This document shows, piece after piece, positions 38,990 through 51,596 of a stretch of 64,000 bases of DNA (its first letter is position 1; each line of letters opens with the position of its first letter). The stretch spans positions 576,001-640,000 of the forward strand of contig OY730476.1 in NCBI GenBank assembly GCA_963422735.1, read 5' to 3'. Made by a program: the position numbers and the translations under genes. Below the pieces are notes generated by a model. The model ran no database searches. It saw only the letters and a program-made list of their open reading frames with translations, and was not told the DNA's origin. This DNA is from Candidatus Latescibacterota bacterium (GTDB lineage Bacteria; Latescibacterota; UBA2968; UBA8231).

Positions 38990-38997
<8 letters not shown>
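38143..38997 (+). CDS. zinc-dependent phospholipase C-like protein
   Basis: N-terminal His, GSVGPD, GWGLHVYTDMALHPWV, HLRLEWGID metal-ligand pattern. Confidence 0.7.
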
Positions 38998-41527
<2,530 letters not shown>

Positions 41528-41548
41528 TTAATCAACAAGCCCTTGAGA

Positions 41549-43246
41549 GTGCTGTCAATACAGATTCTACTGGGCTTGCTGATCCTGTTGGGCACCGTCG
41601 CAGCCGGAGCGGATTCGTCGGTTTACGTGCCTTTGGAGCACTGGGTTTATCGCTTTGCCGAGCGGCTCGAAGCCCAAGGGCAAGCCAACGGAATCGCAGA
41701 TGGAATTAAACCATACAGCCGCAATAAAATAATAGAATTACTTAATGCGGTTGATAAAAAATATCACTCCGAGCTTTCGCCGATTGAACTGGGCGAACTG
41801 GACTTGTTGCGCCGCGAGTTTATGAGCCAGCGGGCGATGTTTCACTACCGCGCCCGCGGAGGGGCCGTTTTCGCCGACTTTCTCGCCCGCCAGCAAACCG
41901 ATCGCTTTAGCGGCCGGGGGCGGGCGGCGGCCGAAGTGGTGTACCGCCATCGCGGCGGCGGCATCGTCCGCGGGCATCTAGGCCGCAGAGTGAGCTTCCG
42001 CATGGCTTTTGAACAGGTTCGTGAGCAAGGCTCGCGCCATTACGTCTATCGCCACGACCTGTATGAGCGGCGGATTGACCTGCCCCAGCTAAAGGGCGAG
42101 GTGGCCGATTTTCACGAGGGCACCGCGTACGTCAAGTTCGCGGTGGGACCGGTGGACGTGCAATTGGGCAAAGACGAGGCCTTGTGGGGGCCGGCTCCAG
42201 AGCAAAATTTAGGGCTGGGCAACAACGCGCCATCGTTTAACATGCTCCGCTTGCAGTCGCAGTTTGGGGCTTTTAAGCTGGTCAGCATCTCCGCCGAACT
42301 CCGCCCGTGTCCCAACCGGCCCGACTCGCCTCTTTGCGCGGGGACGGTCAATTCAGCGGCGACGTATGCAGTCAACGGCATGGTGCGCCTATTGGAGCGC
42401 CAAAAATACTTGGCGGCCCACCGCTTGGAGGTCGCGTTGGCTCCTTGGCTCGATGTGGGTTTTCAGGAGATAGTAGTGTACGGCGATCGGGGGCTAGAGC
42501 CTAGCTATGTCAATCCGCTGATGTTCTACTGGGCCGCCCAAAGCCACTTAGGCGACAAGGACAACCTCCTGATGGGTGTGGACTTAGATATTCATCCGGG
42601 ACGCGGGCGGCGCTATTATCTGGCGTACGTGGTCGATGACCTGAAGAAGGCCCGCGTCTTTTCCGATGATTTCGCCAACAAGTTTTCCTTGCAGGCCGGG
42701 ATGTTATGGGTCGATCCGTTAGGGTTGCCCGATGCCGAGCTGCAGGCCGAATACGTGCGCATCGAACCTTGGCTTTACTCACATCGGTTTCCCATTAACA
42801 CCTTTCGCCATTTCGACGCACCGCTGGGGCACGTCCTCGCACCCAACAGCGATCAATGGCAATTGGGCCTGACTAAGCGGGCGACTCGGGACCTAGCGTT
42901 CTCGGTATATGTCGCGCGCAGTCGCCACGGCGAGAACGAGTTAGGGGCGGACGATACCATTCGCAATGTCGGCGGTGATATGCACTATGGCTGGCGGCCG
43001 GGAGACGAGCGCGAGACCAAGCAATTCCTCGACGGGCATCTAGTGCAGCGCACCGCACTGGCCGCTGGCCTGCATTGGCGTATTTTGCCCGATTTTCAGC
43101 TAGAGGTCGAATACACGCAGGAGTGGGGCCAAGGTGTACCGCTGCCCCCAGCTTGGGGCCCGGCCGTGCCGCTAGCGCGGCGCTCTGGCTACGGAGATGG
43201 CCGTCAGCAGCACCTGCGCTTTGACTTGCGCTTCCACTACTTCTGA
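41549..43246 (+). CDS. capsule assembly Wzi-family outer-membrane protein
   Basis: Signal peptide, YVPL.HWVY, KPYSR, WGP...LGLGNNAPSF, KYLAAHRLE, DKDN, terminal FHYF; start uncertain (41504, 41543 or 41549). Confidence 0.75.
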   Translation: MLSIQILLGLLILLGTVAAGADSSVYVPLEHWVYRFAERLEAQGQANGIADGIKPYSRNKIIELLNAVDKKYHSELSPIELGELDLLRREFMSQRAMFHYRARGGAVFADFLARQQTDRFSGRGRAAAEVVYRHRGGGIVRGHLGRRVSFRMAFEQVREQGSRHYVYRHDLYERRIDLPQLKGEVADFHEGTAYVKFAVGPVDVQLGKDEALWGPAPEQNLGLGNNAPSFNMLRLQSQFGAFKLVSISAELRPCPNRPDSPLCAGTVNSAATYAVNGMVRLLERQKYLAAHRLEVALAPWLDVGFQEIVVYGDRGLEPSYVNPLMFYWAAQSHLGDKDNLLMGVDLDIHPGRGRRYYLAYVVDDLKKARVFSDDFANKFSLQAGMLWVDPLGLPDAELQAEYVRIEPWLYSHRFPINTFRHFDAPLGHVLAPNSDQWQLGLTKRATRDLAFSVYVARSRHGENELGADDTIRNVGGDMHYGWRPGDERETKQFLDGHLVQRTALAAGLHWRILPDFQLEVEYTQEWGQGVPLPPAWGPAVPLARRSGYGDGRQQHLRFDLRFHYF

Positions 43247-43255
43247 GATCGCCTT

Positions 43256-44368
43256 ATGGAGCTTATGGATCTGCAAAAGGCGGGTTTGCTCTTGAGCGGC
43301 GCAATCTACGTAGGCGTCCTCCTCTGGCTGTGGCGCGGCTTGAGCGGACGGCGATCCGGCCCGGGCCTAGTCAGAGATCGGCCCTCGGTCAGCGCCATTG
43401 TTGCCGCACGCGACGAGGAGACGACCTTGCCGCACTGCTTGGACGCGCTCGCCCGCCAGGATTATCAAGGAGCGTTTGAAGTAATCGTCGTGGACGACCG
43501 CTCTCGCGATCGAACTGGGGACATCATTGCTGCAAGGGCGTCGACTTGGCCGGTGCTCAAGGGCGTGCCGGCCGCGCCAAACGGGCGGTTTAAGTGTCCG
43601 AAGAAAAGCGCGTTAGCCGAGGGGATTGCAGCGAGCACTGGGGGGATCTTGCTCTTTACCGATGCCGATTGTCGTCCGCCCGCGGATTGGGTGCGCTCGA
43701 TGGTGGCGCATTTTGCACCGGGGGTTGGCTTAGTCGCCGGGTACGCGCGGCCCGATCCGGTCTCCGGCGTGCTGGCCAAGGTTTTGGCCGTGGACAATAT
43801 CGGGGTCGGGGCGCTGGGGGCGGGCAGCTTTGGCATGGGGCACCCGCTGTCGTGTACGGGCCGCAATTTGGGCTACCGCCGCCAGGTGTACGACGAGCTG
43901 GGCGGTTTCGCGCAAATCGGGCATCTGATCGGGGGCGACGATGTGTACTTCATGCGCCTGTTGGGTGTCCAAGGCAGGTGGGCTATGGCGTTTAACCGCC
44001 AAGCTGTCGTCCTCTCGCAGCCGCCGCCGGCCAAGCTCTCGGACGCAGTGCAGCAGAAGCTGCGGCACGCGGCCAAAGGAGGCCACTACAAGGGCCGTGC
44101 ATTCTATTTGGCCGTAAGTGTCTATTTGTTCCACGGCTTTCTCGCTTGGGGGCTGGTGCAGATGCTATGGACCCAAAGCTGGGATGGCTTTCTCGCGGGC
44201 GCGTGGTTTATGCGTTGGGCCGTTGACTTTTTGCTGCTCAGGCGGATGGCTGTGCCCGAGGAGCGAGCACTCCTGCACTATTTGCCGCTAGTGGAAGTTT
44301 TATATATTCCCTATGTGCTGATTTTTACGATCCTCGGCCGTTGGGGATGGTTTCGCTGGAAAACCTGA
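43256..44368 (+). CDS. membrane GT2 glycosyltransferase
   Basis: VAARDE, DDRS.D, KKSAL, FTDADC, GGDD, QKLRH. Confidence 0.9.
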   Translation: MELMDLQKAGLLLSGAIYVGVLLWLWRGLSGRRSGPGLVRDRPSVSAIVAARDEETTLPHCLDALARQDYQGAFEVIVVDDRSRDRTGDIIAARASTWPVLKGVPAAPNGRFKCPKKSALAEGIAASTGGILLFTDADCRPPADWVRSMVAHFAPGVGLVAGYARPDPVSGVLAKVLAVDNIGVGALGAGSFGMGHPLSCTGRNLGYRRQVYDELGGFAQIGHLIGGDDVYFMRLLGVQGRWAMAFNRQAVVLSQPPPAKLSDAVQQKLRHAAKGGHYKGRAFYLAVSVYLFHGFLAWGLVQMLWTQSWDGFLAGAWFMRWAVDFLLLRRMAVPEERALLHYLPLVEVLYIPYVLIFTILGRWGWFRWKT

Positions 44369-44381
44369 TAAAGGAGTTGAT

Positions 44382-45449
44382 TTGGCCTACCTAATCACGC
44401 CCAAAGCACTGCCGAGTTATGTTCGGCGCTACGCCCGCGTATTTTCCTGGAAGCGGCTGATTAATTTTTTCGCCGTTTTGGCCTCCATGGGGCTGTCGTG
44501 GATGGCCCGCCGGCCCATCGTGTGGGGGCGTCCTTTTATGCTCATGGTCGAGCCGACCAACTTCTGCAACCTCAAGTGCCCCTTGTGCCCCTCGGGCAAC
44601 GGCCAGATGCGTCGCCCGAGGGGAACTATGGGCTTGGAGAATTTCAAAAAGCTGGTTGACGAACTCGGCGACGAGGTCTTTATGATGATGCTGTGGAACC
44701 AAGGCGAGCCGTATATCAACAAGTGCTTCAACCAGATGGTGCGCTACGCCAGCGACCGCGGCCTCTTCACCTTCACCAGCACCAATGGCCACTTCGTTCG
44801 CAGCCCGGAGCAGGCGCAGGCCATCGTCGAGTCCGGGCTGGACGAAATGATCGTCTCACTGGACGGGGTTGACCAAGCCACGTACGAACGGTACCGGGTC
44901 GGTGGCCAGATCGAGCGCGTTTTCTCCGGGGTCCGCCTGCTGGTCGCAGCCAAAGAGGCACTGGGGTCGCAGACGCCGCAGATCAACTTGCAGTTCATCG
45001 TTATGAAGCACAACGAGCGCGATATGGCCACAGCCGAAACGCTGGCCAAAGACCTGCGCGTTGACAAGTTCTTGGTCAAGACCGCCCAAGTTTACACGGC
45101 GGAGGACGCCGAGGCGTTCTTACCCGAAGACGAGCAGTACAGCCGCTACGAGCACGCAGAGGACGAGTTGGTGGTCAAGGGGCAGCCCACGCGGGGTTGC
45201 AAGGTGCTGTGGTACAGCTCGATGGTCAATTGGAATGGAGCGGTCGCGCCTTGCTGTTTCGACAAAGACGTTGACTTTGCCATGGGGCAAGCGTTCGACG
45301 GTCGTTCTTTTGACGATATCTGGCGTAGCCGGGCCTATATGGACTTTCGCCGTCAGGTCCTCGCCGACCGCACTGGCTTCGACATGTGCCGCAACTGTTC
45401 CGAAGGCTATCGAGGCATGTTCTCGCTAATCAAGGAAATCAAGGGCTAA
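44382..45449 (+). CDS. radical SAM/SPASM domain protein
   Basis: CNLKCPLC, GEP, STNG, C-terminal C...PCCFD...CRNC. Confidence 0.9.
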   Translation: MAYLITPKALPSYVRRYARVFSWKRLINFFAVLASMGLSWMARRPIVWGRPFMLMVEPTNFCNLKCPLCPSGNGQMRRPRGTMGLENFKKLVDELGDEVFMMMLWNQGEPYINKCFNQMVRYASDRGLFTFTSTNGHFVRSPEQAQAIVESGLDEMIVSLDGVDQATYERYRVGGQIERVFSGVRLLVAAKEALGSQTPQINLQFIVMKHNERDMATAETLAKDLRVDKFLVKTAQVYTAEDAEAFLPEDEQYSRYEHAEDELVVKGQPTRGCKVLWYSSMVNWNGAVAPCCFDKDVDFAMGQAFDGRSFDDIWRSRAYMDFRRQVLADRTGFDMCRNCSEGYRGMFSLIKEIKG

Positions 45450-46645
45450 TGAGCGCATTGTACGCGCCCGAATGCCTTTTGGCGTTCTGTGCGCTGGCCT
45501 ACTTGCTCGGGGCTTGTTGGTTCGTCGCCGGGATGCGCCGCCGTCCCGGCAATGCTAATATCGAGCGCGTCCCCTTGGCCTCGGTCGTCGTCGCCGCCCG
45601 CGACGAAGCCGCGCACATCGCCTGCTGTCTGCGCGCCCTGCTGGCGCAGGATTATCCCCCAGAGCGCTGCGAAATCATCGTCGTTGACGACGGCTCTACC
45701 GACGGCACTGGCCGCATCGTGCGCGAGTTTAGCGGGGAGACTACGTCCGTGCGCGTGCTGCGAACCAAAGGGTCAAGTTCTAAGAAGGCCGCGCTCAGCT
45801 TAGGGATTGCCGAAGCGCGGGGGGAGGTGATTCTCACCACGGATGCCGACTGCCAGGTCGCGCCGGGATGGATCAGCGGCATGTTGTCGCACTTTGCCGA
45901 CGGGGTGGGCATGGTCATCGGCTTTTCGCAGATTGGTTCGCCGTCCGAGATCAAGGGGTGGCGCCAGGGATATGAGGCCGTTGACTTCACCTGTTTGATG
46001 GCTTGTATCTGGGGCAGTGCCGGATGGGGCCACCCCATGGCGGCCTCCGGGCAGAATTTGGCCTTTTTGCGGGAGGCATTTTTCGACGTTGGCGGCTATG
46101 AAAAAGTCATGCATCGGGCTTCTGGAGACGATGTGCTGCTCATGCAGACCATGCGCCGCTCAGGCCGGTGGTCCATTGTTTTTGCCAATCAGCCTGCGAC
46201 CTTTGTGCGGCACCCGGTGGCCGGGTCTTGGGGCGGATTATTCGGCCAGCGCAGCCGCTGGGCCTCCAATGCCCCGATCCTCGCCCGCTTAGATCCGCTC
46301 TTTTTCGGCTACATGCTGCTCACCTACGTTTTGAGCTGGGCGACGCTCATGGCCCCCTTGCTGTGCTTGACTGGTGCGCTGGATCCCCTGTGGACCTTGG
46401 GCGCGATGTGGGCGAAGGTGTGGGCCGAGTGGGGTATATTTAACGGCGGAATCGTGCTAGCAGGTCGGCGCGAGTTGCGCCGCTATTTTCCTCTTTGGGC
46501 CTTGTTGCAGCCCCTGCACGTAGTTTTGGTCGGTAGCTTGGGATGCTTGGGGATTTTTCGCTGGAAGGGCCGCGTCCACCTGTGGGGCCGGCGCGTGCGC
46601 GGGGCCGGCACCGGCGTCGGGCTATCCGAGCCGTCCCGGCGCTGA
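45449..46645 (+). CDS. membrane GT2 glycosyltransferase
   Basis: VAARDE, DDGSTD, KKAAL, TTDADC, SGDD, QRSRW. Confidence 0.9.
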   Translation: MSALYAPECLLAFCALAYLLGACWFVAGMRRRPGNANIERVPLASVVVAARDEAAHIACCLRALLAQDYPPERCEIIVVDDGSTDGTGRIVREFSGETTSVRVLRTKGSSSKKAALSLGIAEARGEVILTTDADCQVAPGWISGMLSHFADGVGMVIGFSQIGSPSEIKGWRQGYEAVDFTCLMACIWGSAGWGHPMAASGQNLAFLREAFFDVGGYEKVMHRASGDDVLLMQTMRRSGRWSIVFANQPATFVRHPVAGSWGGLFGQRSRWASNAPILARLDPLFFGYMLLTYVLSWATLMAPLLCLTGALDPLWTLGAMWAKVWAEWGIFNGGIVLAGRRELRRYFPLWALLQPLHVVLVGSLGCLGIFRWKGRVHLWGRRVRGAGTGVGLSEPSRR

Positions 46646-46660
46646 AGAACGAGGCCCGAG

Positions 46661-47311
46661 GTGGGGAAGCGCGAAGTCGAGCGGGCACAGATCGTCTGTA
46701 GAGAATTAAAGAGGACCATTCCCCAAGCGAGAGTGGAACTCAACTACGACAATGCCTTGGAGCTGATGGTGGCCACCGTGCTCGCGGCGCAGAGCACGGA
46801 TGTCAAGGTCAATGAAGTCACCGCAGGGCTATTCAAAAAATACCAGCGCGCAGCCGACTACGTGGCGGTGGCAGCCGAGGAACTGGAGGAGGATATTCGC
46901 CCAACCGGTTTCTACCGGCAAAAGGCCAAAAATATCCGTGCGGCCATGGCGATGCTCATCGCCGAACACGACGGCCAAGTCCCCGGGCACATGGACGCCT
47001 TGACCCGCTTGCCTGGCATTGGTCGCAAGAGTGCTAATGTCATCCTCGGCAACGTATATGGCGTACCCGGCATCGTGGTAGATACGCACGTGGGCCGGGT
47101 GAGTCAGCGCTTGGGGCTGATCCGAGAAAAAGATCCAGTCAAGGTCGAAATGGCCTTGGCGCAGCTACTGCCGGCTGAGGAATGGACGGCTTTTGGACAG
47201 CGCGTGGTTTTGCACGGCCGCTACGTGTGCAAGGCGCGCAAGCCCCTGTGCGACGAGTGCGTACTCATGCCGCATTGCGATTATTTTTCTAGCCAGATCG
47301 AGGGGACTTAG
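46661..47311 (+). CDS. nth: endonuclease III
   Basis: AQSTD, LPGIGRKSANV, VDTHV, CKARKPLCDECVLMPHC. Confidence 0.95.
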   Translation: MGKREVERAQIVCRELKRTIPQARVELNYDNALELMVATVLAAQSTDVKVNEVTAGLFKKYQRAADYVAVAAEELEEDIRPTGFYRQKAKNIRAAMAMLIAEHDGQVPGHMDALTRLPGIGRKSANVILGNVYGVPGIVVDTHVGRVSQRLGLIREKDPVKVEMALAQLLPAEEWTAFGQRVVLHGRYVCKARKPLCDECVLMPHCDYFSSQIEGT

Positions 47312-48588
47312 CGGCGCGGTTGCGGAAGGCGTTTGAGGACGGCGGTTATTTCCGCTGGCGTCTGCGAGGCGAGCATGTCGTGGTGGGTTGTGTCGGCGTG
47401 CATCAAGGTTGCGATCTGTGCGAGGATCGGGATGTAGCTGCGGTAGTTTTGTTCCGGGGTCAACAACAGGAAGATGAAGTGTACCGGCTCAGGGGTAGGA
47501 CCTTCAAAGTCGATGCCCTGTCGGCAAATCCCCAGGCAGCCGATGATCCCGTCCAAATCGGGGATGGGCGCATGGGGGATGGCCGTGCCGTGCCCTAGCG
47601 AGGTCGATCCTTTTCGCTCGCGGTCGAGCGCGGTCTCGAGTACGGTCTGGCGTTCGCTGGCGGGGATTTGTTTTTCTTCTATTAACGCATCAACCATCTG
47701 GGCGATGGCGTCCCACTTGTCTTTGGGGGCGAGGTCCAAGCGGATGGTGTGCTCCCAGAAAATGCGACTTAGCTGCAGGTCGTTGGCCGCGGCCGAGCGG
47801 ACCATTAGCACCGAACAGGGCACCTGATAGGCGATTTCGTCCGGGATGGAGCCAGCGAGATGTTCCTCTTGACGCCAGTCGTTTGAGGCACCGAGTACGA
47901 TCAAATCGTGGTCTTGCGCCCTTTCGACGATGGCCGGGGACACATTGACGGCTGGGACTACAGTCAACGGCACCTCGATCTTCAGCAGATCTAGCTGCAA
48001 GCGCGTGTCTGCGGCTAGCTGTGCACAGTAGCGCTGGAGGATCGGGTCGGAGGTGTCGCGGGTGTCGCGGACGATGCGGAGAATTTCCAGTTCAGCACCC
48101 CAAGTTTGGGCCAGATCGTAGGCTATCTGCACGCCTACCAGCGCATGATTGCCGCCGCCGAAGGGCACGAGAATCCGGCGCACTGGCCCGCTCTTTTTTT
48201 CTTTAAAAATCAAGGTGTCGACGTCGATGGCCTTGGTCAGGGCGCGGTTGGGCGCGGATAGGATTGCGTCGCGCTCGACATTGGCATTCCAGGCCATGAG
48301 CATCATGTTGCAACTCCAGCGGCGGACAGCCCGCTGAATTCCGCTCGTCACGTCCTCGTCTTTTTCCAAATGCGCGATAGCACCGATGTCGTGGGCCATG
48401 GCCCGGTCGGCCGAAATTTGGAGTGCCTGTTTTATGTCGGGCAGAGGGGCAGCGTCGGGCGTCAGTATATGGGTCAAGTGCAGCTCGCTCCAAGGCGAAG
48501 GGGCGAGAGTCGCGGCCAAGTCGACGAGATTGTGCTCTTGGTGCGGGTTTTCGAGAGGGACCAGAATGCGAAGTTGAGCAGGTGACAT
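47308..48588 (-). CDS. tandem USP domains fused to a PTS EIIA (Fru/Ntr-type) domain
   Basis: RILVP twice, LIVLGAS, CSVLMVR; RE..GSTSLGHGTAIPHA. Confidence 0.85.
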   Translation of the reverse strand: MSPAQLRILVPLENPHQEHNLVDLAATLAPSPWSELHLTHILTPDAAPLPDIKQALQISADRAMAHDIGAIAHLEKDEDVTSGIQRAVRRWSCNMMLMAWNANVERDAILSAPNRALTKAIDVDTLIFKEKKSGPVRRILVPFGGGNHALVGVQIAYDLAQTWGAELEILRIVRDTRDTSDPILQRYCAQLAADTRLQLDLLKIEVPLTVVPAVNVSPAIVERAQDHDLIVLGASNDWRQEEHLAGSIPDEIAYQVPCSVLMVRSAAANDLQLSRIFWEHTIRLDLAPKDKWDAIAQMVDALIEEKQIPASERQTVLETALDRERKGSTSLGHGTAIPHAPIPDLDGIIGCLGICRQGIDFEGPTPEPVHFIFLLLTPEQNYRSYIPILAQIATLMHADTTHHDMLASQTPAEITAVLKRLPQPRR

Positions 48589-48744
48589 CTTCGTTGTAAG
48601 GCGTCAAGCCAAGGACTAGCCCGAGGTGCTATCCATTAAATATAAGACAGGCCGTCATCTTTTCCAGCCTTCTTTCTCTCCCCGGTGGGTTGCCAGCGGC
48701 GGTGCGGTGCGGTTTGTTGTTGGCAATTCAACCGGGAGGTTTGC

Positions 48745-49722
48745 GTGAGGATATTGATCACTGGCATTACCGGCCGCATTGGTGCCAACTTGGCCAAACA
48801 ACTCGTCGAGCGTGGTCACCATCTGCGCGGGCTAGTCTGGCCCCGAGATCCACGAGTGGAAAACCTCAAAAAGATGCCGGTCGAACTCGTCGAGGGGAGT
48901 TTGACCGAGCCGGCCGCAGTCGAGCAGGCGGTCGAGGGGATCGAGGTTGTCTATCACTTGGGGGCAGCCTTTCAGGGCGGTGGCCCCTTTACCGACGAGG
49001 ATTTTTTTGAGATCAACGTGCGCGGTACCTTCAACATGCTGGAAGCCGTGCGTCGAGTGAAGGGGATGGGCCAATTCCTGTTCGCCAGCTCGGACGCGAT
49101 TTACGACAAGTACGTCCCCGGCGGCATGAGTACGCCCATTGATGAACAGACGCCGCGCGTGCCCAAGGGAGCTTATGCTTTGACTAAGGCACTGGGCGAA
49201 GAATTGTGCAGCGGCTATTGGCAGGGCTACCAAGTGCCAACGACGATCCTGCGTTTCGCCATGGTGCGAGCGGCCGACGAAATTTTGCAGTTCCCGCAGT
49301 TCTACCTGAGCAAGATGAAGGAGGTACACCTAGAACTAGCCGCCCTGTGGCAGGGCGAGGAGTGCGCGGTACTGCTAAAAGACCAGAGCGACCGTCCCTT
49401 CAAAAAGCACATCGCCGATGTGCGCGACATCGTGCATGGCTGCCTCTGTGCCTTGGGCAAAGAAAGAGCGTTGGGCGAGACCTTCCAGCTAGCTGGGCCG
49501 CGCCCTTTCACTTGGGACGAGGTCAGTTACCGGCTCGCCGAATTGCGCGACATGCCCCACGTCGAAGCGGCTGTAAAGGCCACTCCCACCTTTTATGAAT
49601 TCAACCTTCGCAAGGCAGAGGACTACCTAGGGTTCAGCCCCAGTTACGACATCGTACGGATGATCGTCGATGCCCTCAACTATCAGCGCGGCGAGGATAT
49701 CGGGGTGCTGCCGCACGGCTGA
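48745..49722 (+). CDS. NAD-dependent epimerase/dehydratase (extended SDR)
   Basis: ILITGITGRIG, ASS, YALTK; GGAGG RBS. Confidence 0.88.
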   Translation: MRILITGITGRIGANLAKQLVERGHHLRGLVWPRDPRVENLKKMPVELVEGSLTEPAAVEQAVEGIEVVYHLGAAFQGGGPFTDEDFFEINVRGTFNMLEAVRRVKGMGQFLFASSDAIYDKYVPGGMSTPIDEQTPRVPKGAYALTKALGEELCSGYWQGYQVPTTILRFAMVRAADEILQFPQFYLSKMKEVHLELAALWQGEECAVLLKDQSDRPFKKHIADVRDIVHGCLCALGKERALGETFQLAGPRPFTWDEVSYRLAELRDMPHVEAAVKATPTFYEFNLRKAEDYLGFSPSYDIVRMIVDALNYQRGEDIGVLPHG

Positions 49723-49725
49723 GGC

Positions 49726-50103
49726 TCAGGTCTCGTGCGGCACTAATTCTGAGGCGATGGCGGCGAGGACGTCCTCGGTGCGAAAGGGCTTGTAAAAAAT
49801 GGGGCAACCCTTGAGAGCTTGCAGCACCTCCTGCAGGTCGTCGGATGAGCGCCTTTGGCTCGACAGGAAGGCGATGAGCTTGGTGTTGTCGAGGGAGCGA
49901 CTCGCCGAGACAAAAGGAGCGGGGTCGTCAACCTCGACGCCAAGGAGGACTAAGTCCGGGGCATTGAGTTGGTAGTAGGCGAGTCCGTCGTCTAGTTGGT
50001 TGGCGACTTCGACCTGATAGCCGGACTGCTTGAGCAGCCCAGCGAGGGTTGTACCGAATATGGTATTGCGGTCAATTATCAGGATTTTGTACAATGCAAT
50101 CAC
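49726..50103 (-). CDS. single-domain atypical response-regulator receiver
   Basis: KILIID, GYQV, PDLVLL, KPF; phospho-Asp position is Gly. Confidence 0.75.
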   Translation of the reverse strand: MIALYKILIIDRNTIFGTTLAGLLKQSGYQVEVANQLDDGLAYYQLNAPDLVLLGVEVDDPAPFVSASRSLDNTKLIAFLSSQRRSSDDLQEVLQALKGCPIFYKPFRTEDVLAAIASELVPHET

Positions 50104-50186
50104 TCTGGGCGAGTTTGAGACCGGGCGAACGCTGCGGTCTCAAAAAATTAAGAGGTGCGCTAGACCTACGCAAGGCAGGGAATTGC

Positions 50187-50215
50187 TTGACAACCCCGGC
50201 GACGCCGGCTATACT
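50187..50215 (+). promoter_or_regulatory. near-consensus sigma70 promoter
   Basis: TTGACA-17-TATACT upstream of the amidohydrolase. Confidence 0.75.
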
Positions 50216-50240
50216 GGCCGACCTAAAAAGACGGAGATTT

Positions 50241-51596
50241 ATGCGGAGCAAAGAGGAATTAAAGGTCGCTGTCTGCGCGGCCATTGATCGGCAGAGCAAG
50301 CAGATCATCGGACTCGGCGAAGCTATTATGGATCAGCCCGAATTGGGCTTTAAGGAAGAGCAGACGGCCCGCCGCGTCTGCGAAAGTTTTGCCGGTCTCG
50401 GATTGCAGTACGAGCGGGAACTGGCGCTGACCGGCGTGAAGGCCCGGCTCAAAGGGCAGCAATCAGGGCCGACGGTGGCGCTGATGGGTGAACTCGACGC
50501 ACTCATCGTGCCCGATCACCCGCGCGCCGACCCGGCAACTGGGGCGGCACACGCCTGTGGCCACAACGCCCAGATAGCCGGAATGGTAGGGGCCGCCTAT
50601 GGGCTTGTAGAGGCCGGCGTCGGCGAGGAACTGGCCGGGGAAATCGCGCTTTTCGCCGTGCCCGCAGAAGAATACGTCGAGATAGACTACCGCTTAGGAC
50701 TTGTCGAGGAAGGCAAGATCGCATTTCTCGGTGGCAAGCCCGAGTTGGTCGAATTGGGGCACTTCGACGATGTAGATATGGCCGTGATGATCCACACTAG
50801 CAGTGCGGCCCAAACCGAGGGGGCGGTGGGGATCGCCCGTTCCTCCAATGGCTTTTTGGCCAAGAACGTGCGTTTCATTGGCCGGGCCGCCCACGCCGGA
50901 GGCGCGCCAGAGAAAGGCGTCAACGCGCTCAGCGCGGCGACGCTCGCCCTCAGCGCGATTGACGCCCAGCGCGAGACTTTCCGCGACCAGGACTGCGTGC
51001 GGGTGCATCCGATCGTCACCAAGGGGGGCGATCTGGTCAATATTATCCCAGCTGAGGTGCGGCTGGAAACCTACGTTCGCGCCCGCACTTCCGAAGCGAT
51101 ACTCGATGCGTCCCACAAGGTCGATCGAGCGCTGCGGGGGGCGGCGCTTGCCCTCGGCTGCTCGGTTGAGATCGAAACGGTGCCCGGCTACCTGCCGCTG
51201 TGCAATGATTCCGACCTAGGGCAGCTTTTCAAGGACAACGCCGCGCGGATTTTTGGCCCCGATCAGTACCGGGATTACCCCCACGGCGGTGGCTCCACGG
51301 ACGCTGGCGACCTCAGTCAGATCATGCCTGTTCTGCACCCGGCCATGACCGGGGCCAGCGGCGTGATCCACGGACCCGATTGGAGCATCGCCGACCCAGC
51401 CTCTGGGTACCTCGCTCCAGCCAAGGTCTTGGCCATGATGGCTATCGACCTGCTGTACGGCGATGCGTCTGCAGCCCGAGGCATCCTTCAAACCCATGCG
51501 CCCAACATGAGCAAGGACGAATATCTCCAACGACAGAAAGCACTCTTTCACCAGGAGCTCTTCGCTGGTGATCAAACAGGGAGGAATGCAACGTGA
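50241..51596 (+). CDS. M20-family amidohydrolase
   Basis: PELGFKE, GELDAL, HACGH, PAEE, G.AAHAG, GSTD.GD. Confidence 0.9.
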   Translation: MRSKEELKVAVCAAIDRQSKQIIGLGEAIMDQPELGFKEEQTARRVCESFAGLGLQYERELALTGVKARLKGQQSGPTVALMGELDALIVPDHPRADPATGAAHACGHNAQIAGMVGAAYGLVEAGVGEELAGEIALFAVPAEEYVEIDYRLGLVEEGKIAFLGGKPELVELGHFDDVDMAVMIHTSSAAQTEGAVGIARSSNGFLAKNVRFIGRAAHAGGAPEKGVNALSAATLALSAIDAQRETFRDQDCVRVHPIVTKGGDLVNIIPAEVRLETYVRARTSEAILDASHKVDRALRGAALALGCSVEIETVPGYLPLCNDSDLGQLFKDNAARIFGPDQYRDYPHGGGSTDAGDLSQIMPVLHPAMTGASGVIHGPDWSIADPASGYLAPAKVLAMMAIDLLYGDASAARGILQTHAPNMSKDEYLQRQKALFHQELFAGDQTGRNAT

